From: Nemertoderma westbladi | Lineage: Eukaryota > Animalia > Xenacoelomorpha | Direction: 5' to 3' | Assembly (NCBI GenBank): GCA_032718475.1 | Contig: JAUCBJ010005459.1 | Location: 1-55,706, forward strand | DNA: 55,706 nucleotides | In this document: in pieces, positions 50,662 to 55,706 of the stretch | Layout: every line of letters begins with the position of its first letter | How positions within the stretch are numbered: position 1 is the stretch's first letter | Made by a program: the position numbers and the translations under genes | The notes under the pieces: generated by a model | The model's database searches: none | What the model saw: the letters and a program-made list of their open reading frames with translations, nothing else | Told to the model about the DNA's origin: nothing

Positions 50662-50863
50662 GGATAGTAATCTACACGAATCTGGAGCGAACTAAACTTG
50701 GATCATCTAGTTCGGTCTAGTTCGCCAAGTTTGCTATCTAGTTCGGTACAGCTGCCGATCTACTGTAGTTCGGTACAGCTGCCGATCTACTGTAGTTCGG
50801 TACAGCTGCCGATCTACTGTAGTTCGGTACAACTGTTGTCTACATTCGTGTAGAATACTATCC
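50662..50863. mobile_element. Small MITE with internal 27-bp tandem repeat
   Basis: 20-bp TIRs GGATAGTAWTCTACACGAAT; internal AGTTCGGTACAGCTGCCGATCTACTGT x3. Confidence 0.7.
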
Positions 50864-51094
50864 TGTATAACTAAATCCAAGAATAACTAAATAGATAAGT
50901 CGATTAATTAGTACCAGTTAATGTAAGGCAAATAAAAAAACACATATTAAATACTTAAAAAATAGTAGAAAGTATTAAAAGCATATATCAAGAATTATGT
51001 TTTAGTTGCTTGGCAACGTATACAGTATTTTTCCAGTTTGTAATTCTCTTTCATTTTCGTTTTGGTTAGTAAACTACTCCTTCTGATTAATCAC

Positions 51095-51155
51095 TCAATA
51101 AATTCCAGCATGGGTGGTCGAATGTTTTCCTGTAGTTGGAGCAGCATCTTTGAAC
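51095..51155 (-). CDS. Probable last coding exon of ZO-like gene
   Basis: Strong acceptor ttcctttag|G; FKDAAPTTGKHSTTHAGIY*. Confidence 0.5.
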
Positions 51156-54100
51156 CTAAAGGAAATAAGTAAAATATGTCAAAGTGAAATATGAGTACTT
51201 TATTTACCTCGAATGTTGGATCAAAGCTGCGGTATTTGAAGGACCGATCAGATGAATGTGGCGTCGGTGTTGATGAATGTGTGATTTTATTTACAAATTT
51301 ATAGATCATGCTACCGATTTCCTACAGCAGGCCTCAGGGTCTGCTGCAGCTACTAACCTAGAGTAAGAGTCTGCCAAACCGCTATCCACAGATCCAACAG
51401 CCGTCATTGCGGCACTAGAAGCTGGACTTTCTCGAGGCGTGCGTTCATAACTCCTAAAAATTATAAGAAATTTAAATTATTTTACATAAATAACAAAGCA
51501 TTACATATTACATAATCAATCCATTATTGAATATGTATAGACTGTATGGGTTGGCCAATAGGTTACTCCCTACCTCGGTGTTCCCGGCTGACTATTGACC
51601 GGACTGTCTCCACGACTGGGTGTCTGGTAGGTACGTGTTGTCTTGGTTACAGTTTTCTTCTGCACCATTTTCTTCTCGTAAAACGCGTCTTCGTCGTTCG
51701 GAGATTCGCAGCGTTGATTGAGACTCGACCTGAGGAAATGCAAACCAAAAAACCATAAAAACATTTTAAAAGCTAATACTGCTGTATGTACCGGTACCGG
51801 TACATATTATATAATTCAAATAAACTTTGTTTCAGTTTCGATAAACATATAAAACATAACAATACAGGTTGATTTATTGGTGATAAACTATTCAGTTCAA
51901 GTCAGACAGACAACTGAAACGAATTAATAAAAATAATAAGATATTCTTAAACTGGCCGGTATATGGCGTTATAAACTTACGCCCAGGTGGGTATGACTCC
52001 TGCGGAATCCGGTCGCTCCAACATCGACTGTTTAACAGCCGAATCGAAGGAACTCCTGGGCTCCGTCCTGCCGCCGAGTTGGGGACTCGAGAACTTGGGG
52101 TTGGCGGGTCGGGACGCCGTCACCGGGTTCGATTGGGGCGGCATCGATCGACGATGGGGGTCCCGGGAGAACGCCTCCGGGGGGGTCGAGCGGAGGAACT
52201 CCAACTTAGCCGCGCTGTGCGGCGTGTGCCGTCCGGTCGTCTTGGCAACCGGACGCTGCTCCGGACTCGGAAGATTCACCCCGGATGCGTCCCCATTCTC
52301 GAGTTTAGCGAACGCGTTCAGTTTAGCTTCGAACTCCGGCGATCGATTAGGTTTCGCTTTTGTCTCGCTGTTCTTCTTGTACCTGGGCTGCTTCCCTGCT
52401 CCCGGATTGGTTGAAACATCTCGACCAATAGGAGGGGAGGACAGGTTCTCCCTCCCGCCTCCCTTCTCCTTCACGATATCTTCGATAGTCTCGTACGGCA
52501 TATCGTCGGGGTCGTAGAGTTGCGTGTTCGCGTAGATGTTCTCTCCGCTCCAGTAGTCGCGTTTCGGTCGCTCGCCGGTTCCGACGTAGGTCAGGTCGTC
52601 GTGAGTCGGTTGTCTGGCAACAGGTACATCGTATTTACTAACGGGGTAGTCGTATCGAGTTGGTTGCCTCGTGACTGGCTCGTCGTAACGACTCGGTTGC
52701 TTAGCAACGGGAGCTCCATAACGGTATCCAGGTTCCTCACCTCCAACGTTTGAGTCGTACGACTGGTAGTGACGCCCCCCAGCGGTAGCAGCCGCATCCA
52801 CAGGCCCGAAGGAATCCGTGAGCACAGCGTTGCGGTCGTTTCGCCAGGCCTGCTGGTGTCTGGAGACCTGCGTGTACATCGTGGGAGAGTCGTGGTCTCG
52901 ATCGCGACAGAACTCGCTTCGCTCGGCCGTCGACAGGTCCTCGGCGTCGGCCCGTGGCGGTTTATCCGGTCGCCGTTTCGCAGCGCCATCTTTCGGCGAC
53001 GAGAAGTATTTCTTACTGGCGTACTGCATCTCCTGCAGGGTGAGGAAACCGGCGTCATCGGGATCCGTATCGGAACTGTTTACTCGACGCGGTTGCTTGG
53101 TTAGCGGGCGGTCGGTGGTAACGGCCGCGCGTTGTTTGAACTCCCTAGCGACGCGGCCCCAGTCGTCCGACTCTGTCCGACTCGAGGAGGGCCGGTTGGA
53201 TCCGGAATCCCCGCTGTTTGGTCTTCCGGACTTCCGGACGTCCGGCGGAGTGCCGAAGACTTCGTCGTCGTCTATCGATATGACCGGGGCTCGGTCAGAC
53301 ATCCACAGCTGTTTGCTGAAACGTAACATATAATATTTGTTTATTAAATAATACTAAAGGTAGCAAAGACTTTCAGTTTCCAGTTTATCACTTCCGATTG
53401 TGGCCCACAGTGGGCACAACAATAATTAATACACACATGAGTTTACTGATATATTTGGGATGTATTTGCCGTGGGATTTTGCCGAGACTTTCGGGGGCAA
53501 ATTCCTATTGGTTAATTTCTGGCGGAATTTTCAATTTTGGTGACATACATTAGGCCTCTACTGACAGATGTAGTACAGTACAAACTTATTTAGTTAACTT
53601 ACTTTACTACATCATATTTATAAAGACAAGCGGTGCGGTAGGCCAAATTAAATAATAGTATTAAACTTATAACTGTTCTAATTAACTAAACTCACTTTTG
53701 TTGCTGTCTAATCACACCACGGAGTTGAATAATCCAGGAGGTACTTGTCGTCATGGTTACCGTAACTGAGAATAAGTGACCGAAATTCCGTTCTAGAATA
53801 CAGGCCCTGTCGTACATCTCCTTGGTAACCTTGTTTTTCAGCTAGATTATGAAAAATATTAATAGTTTTTAAATAAAAATAGGTTAGTAATTTTCATGAC
53901 TACCTTACATTAGTCGAATGAGTAGCCGGTTGTTTATAACTTCTCAATGGTGTTGGTGACATAGAAATTGTTTCAGTTTCTTCACTTGGTTTCCTGTCAA
54001 AGAGGGCACGGGGGCAGTCGATGAGTGTATTTATGTTGCTAAGGTACAGCAGTTTATTTTGAGAAGGGTGGGGGGTATCTTGCAGTCAGACCTCATTAAA

Positions 54101-55312
54101 ATAGTTTGAAACATTATTAAAATTTGTTTGTATATTTCTAAAAGTATTTAACTGCCTAGAGACCTTACATATGGAGATTTAAAACTCTTTGTTAATTTTA
54201 TTATTAAATTTTATTCTGACCACTATTATGTCACCACGGCCTATTAGATTCACTATACTGACCTGTACATTAGACATGGCGGCGTAGACATCCTTTATGT
54301 GGTTCTTAGACGAAGGTTTAAGGAATACTACGATTGGATACAGCTGTGAGTAGTTCAGTCTGTTAACACCAGAGGGCGCGGCTTCCACTAGACAATGTTT
54401 TCCCTGAAATACAGATAAATATTTTAACGACAAATAATTAATTATAAATTAATTAACGAACTTTAGTATGTTGTCTGATATCTGATTAAACTTTTACTCG
54501 CATTTATATCTGTAATATATTTTATTTCGCGTTAACCCGAGTGTTTACAGAACAGAATCAATCTTGTGCTTTGGCGGTCTCATAGAGTGAATAAGTATGG
54601 TGGACACCCCATGACTTTCCTAAGACGCATCTTAAGGACACTGGCCTTAAAGATGCGGAAACTCTCGCGAAAGTCATGGGGAATTCCCCTTGTTTAGTTC
54701 CTATAAAAATATTTGCAAATAAAATTATTGTTCTATAATATTCTAGAACATTACATTAAAGAGTAAAATTTAGAACATTGCACAATAAATAATGTATAGA
54801 TATATGTATATGTATAAAACACAATCAATTTGAATATTTGCATATTGACAGAGAAACATAAGAAAAATCAATTGGATTATAGAGTGGAAAATTTAAATTT
54901 AGATTATTCAATTGCGAGTATTCATAAGTTGTTTTTCCTGACGCGGTGCGGTGCCAGGCGCTTGTGTTACAGTCACCATCACCCATCAACCCCATCAAAC
55001 AGTCCGATGATATATTCTATAATATGAATCTTTCAATTCATTTTAATTTAAACCCTCAATCCAACCTGGAATATTACTTCCCGAATAGCTGACAACTTAG
55101 TCATCCCGTCCTCCCAATCGTCTGCCGACAGGGGGCGTGTGAATTCCCCGGGTATCTGTTCGATGAGTTGAGTGCGCGTTATTTCCGCTAGAGGGCCCAA
55201 TATAACAACGGGTCGTACGAACGGTGGGTTGGACAGAGTGACTGGTTCGTAAGGGGGGTAAAGAGACGATATGGGGTCCTCAGCTTGGTGGAGGTCTATA
55301 CGGGACATCGAT
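51095..55312 (-). CDS. ZO/TJP-like MAGUK scaffold, 3' part (GuK-like domain plus long disordered tail); 5' exons outside window
   Basis: In-phase exons 55066-55312, 54263-54403, 53696-53841, 51981-53315, 51574-51729, 51358-51453, 51095-51155. YPPYEPV...FVRPVVILGPLAE, VNRLNYSQLYPIVVFLKP and IRQQQNKQLWMSD parallel ZO-1 GuK motifs. The last exon is tentative. Confidence 0.82.
51358..51453 (-). CDS. ZO-like tail exon
   Basis: ttttag|G...AG|gttagt; SYERTPRESP...SVDSGLADSYS. May instead read on to TGA at about 51308. Confidence 0.65.
51574..51729 (-). CDS. ZO-like tail exon
   Basis: ctcag|G...AG|gtaggg, phase 2-2, open. Confidence 0.75.
51981..53315 (-). CDS. ZO-like large exon (low-complexity tail)
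   Basis: 1335-bp GC-rich open exon, ttcag|C...GC|gtaagt, begins KQLWMSD. Confidence 0.85.
53696..53841 (-). CDS. ZO-like exon (GuK end)
   Basis: ctag|CTG...AA|gtgagt; KEMYDRACILERNFGHLFS...WIIQLRGVIRQQQ. Confidence 0.85.
54263..54403 (-). CDS. ZO-like exon (GuK)
   Basis: ttcag|GGA...CAG|gtcagt; GKHCLVEAAPSGVNRLNYSQLYPIVVFLKP. Confidence 0.87.
54559..54681 (+). mobile_element. Short remnant of the same RTE family
   Basis: Matches about 21170-21291 (AATCTTGTGCTTTGGCGG...GACACTGGCCTTAAAGATGCGG). Confidence 0.8.
55066..55312 (-). CDS. ZO-like exon (start of GuK)
   Basis: acag|A...CAG|gttgga; LYPPYEPVTLSNPPFVRPVVILGPLAE. Confidence 0.85.
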
Positions 55313-55488
55313 CTGTTAGGGGAAAAAAAGTAAAAAAAATGTAGTTAATAAGGTTAATATACGTATAATCTTAATCTTATGGGTAAACAATGTAGATATG
55401 TTGTGTATAAAACGGGAGTAGTGGTATTGGTCAATTGGGTAGAAAGAAAGTGTAAATCTTTTGGAGAATAAAGTCATAAAATTTAGGG

Positions 55489-55706
55489 TACAAGGTATTC
55501 GCCACTAATTTAATAGTTTACCACGCAGTCTTCGCATCCAGAACTCACTTGCAGCCTACAAAAAGGAATTCGCCACTAATTTAATAGTTTACCACGCAGT
55601 CTTCGCATCCAGAACTCACTTGCAGCCTACAAAAAGGTATTCGCCACTAATTTAATAGTTTACCACGCAGTCTTCGCATCCAGAACTCACTTGCAGCCTA
55701 CAAAAA
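55489..55706. repeat. 71-bp tandem repeat (3 or more units, runs off the window)
   Basis: GCCACTAATT recurs at 55501, 55572 and 55643. Confidence 0.92.

Noticed and set aside
51091-51309. 72-aa - strand ORF as a MAGUK exon
   Set aside because: Out of frame with the preceding exon; better explained as intron or UTR.
51987-53333. + strand ORFs over the large MAGUK exon
   Set aside because: Antisense shadows of a GC-rich coding exon.

Overview
AT-rich animal genomic DNA, most likely an invertebrate; no prokaryotic features. It holds three spliced host genes. (1) The 3' end of a + strand gene encoding EGF-ShKT-ShKT (exons 4944-5063, 7361-7489, 9165-9292). (2) A complete 10-exon polypeptide N-acetylgalactosaminyltransferase (GALNT family, - strand, 11168-38763, about 644 aa, one GC-AG intron). 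(3) The 3' half of a ZO/TJP-like MAGUK (- strand, 51095-55312) with no visible ZU5 domain. Mobile DNA is dense: a young 4.4-kb LTR retrotransposon with identical LTRs, a -1 frameshift signal and one in-frame stop in pol; a CR1/L2-group LINE; four copies of one RTE family (one 5'-inverted, one inside a satellite); an RTE endonuclease fragment; a MetaSINE-like element; a tRNA-like cassette; and several MITEs. Four tandem arrays have units of 20, 55, 41 and 71 bp. The most striking signal is that the three intragenic arrays each repeat the splice-donor hexamer GTGAGT on the host sense strand. The 55-bp array is about 54 copies of the 3' end of the GALNT catalytic exon, each copy running GT...AG. 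All calls were made by eye; copy numbers are approximate and family assignments rest on recalled motifs, not searches.
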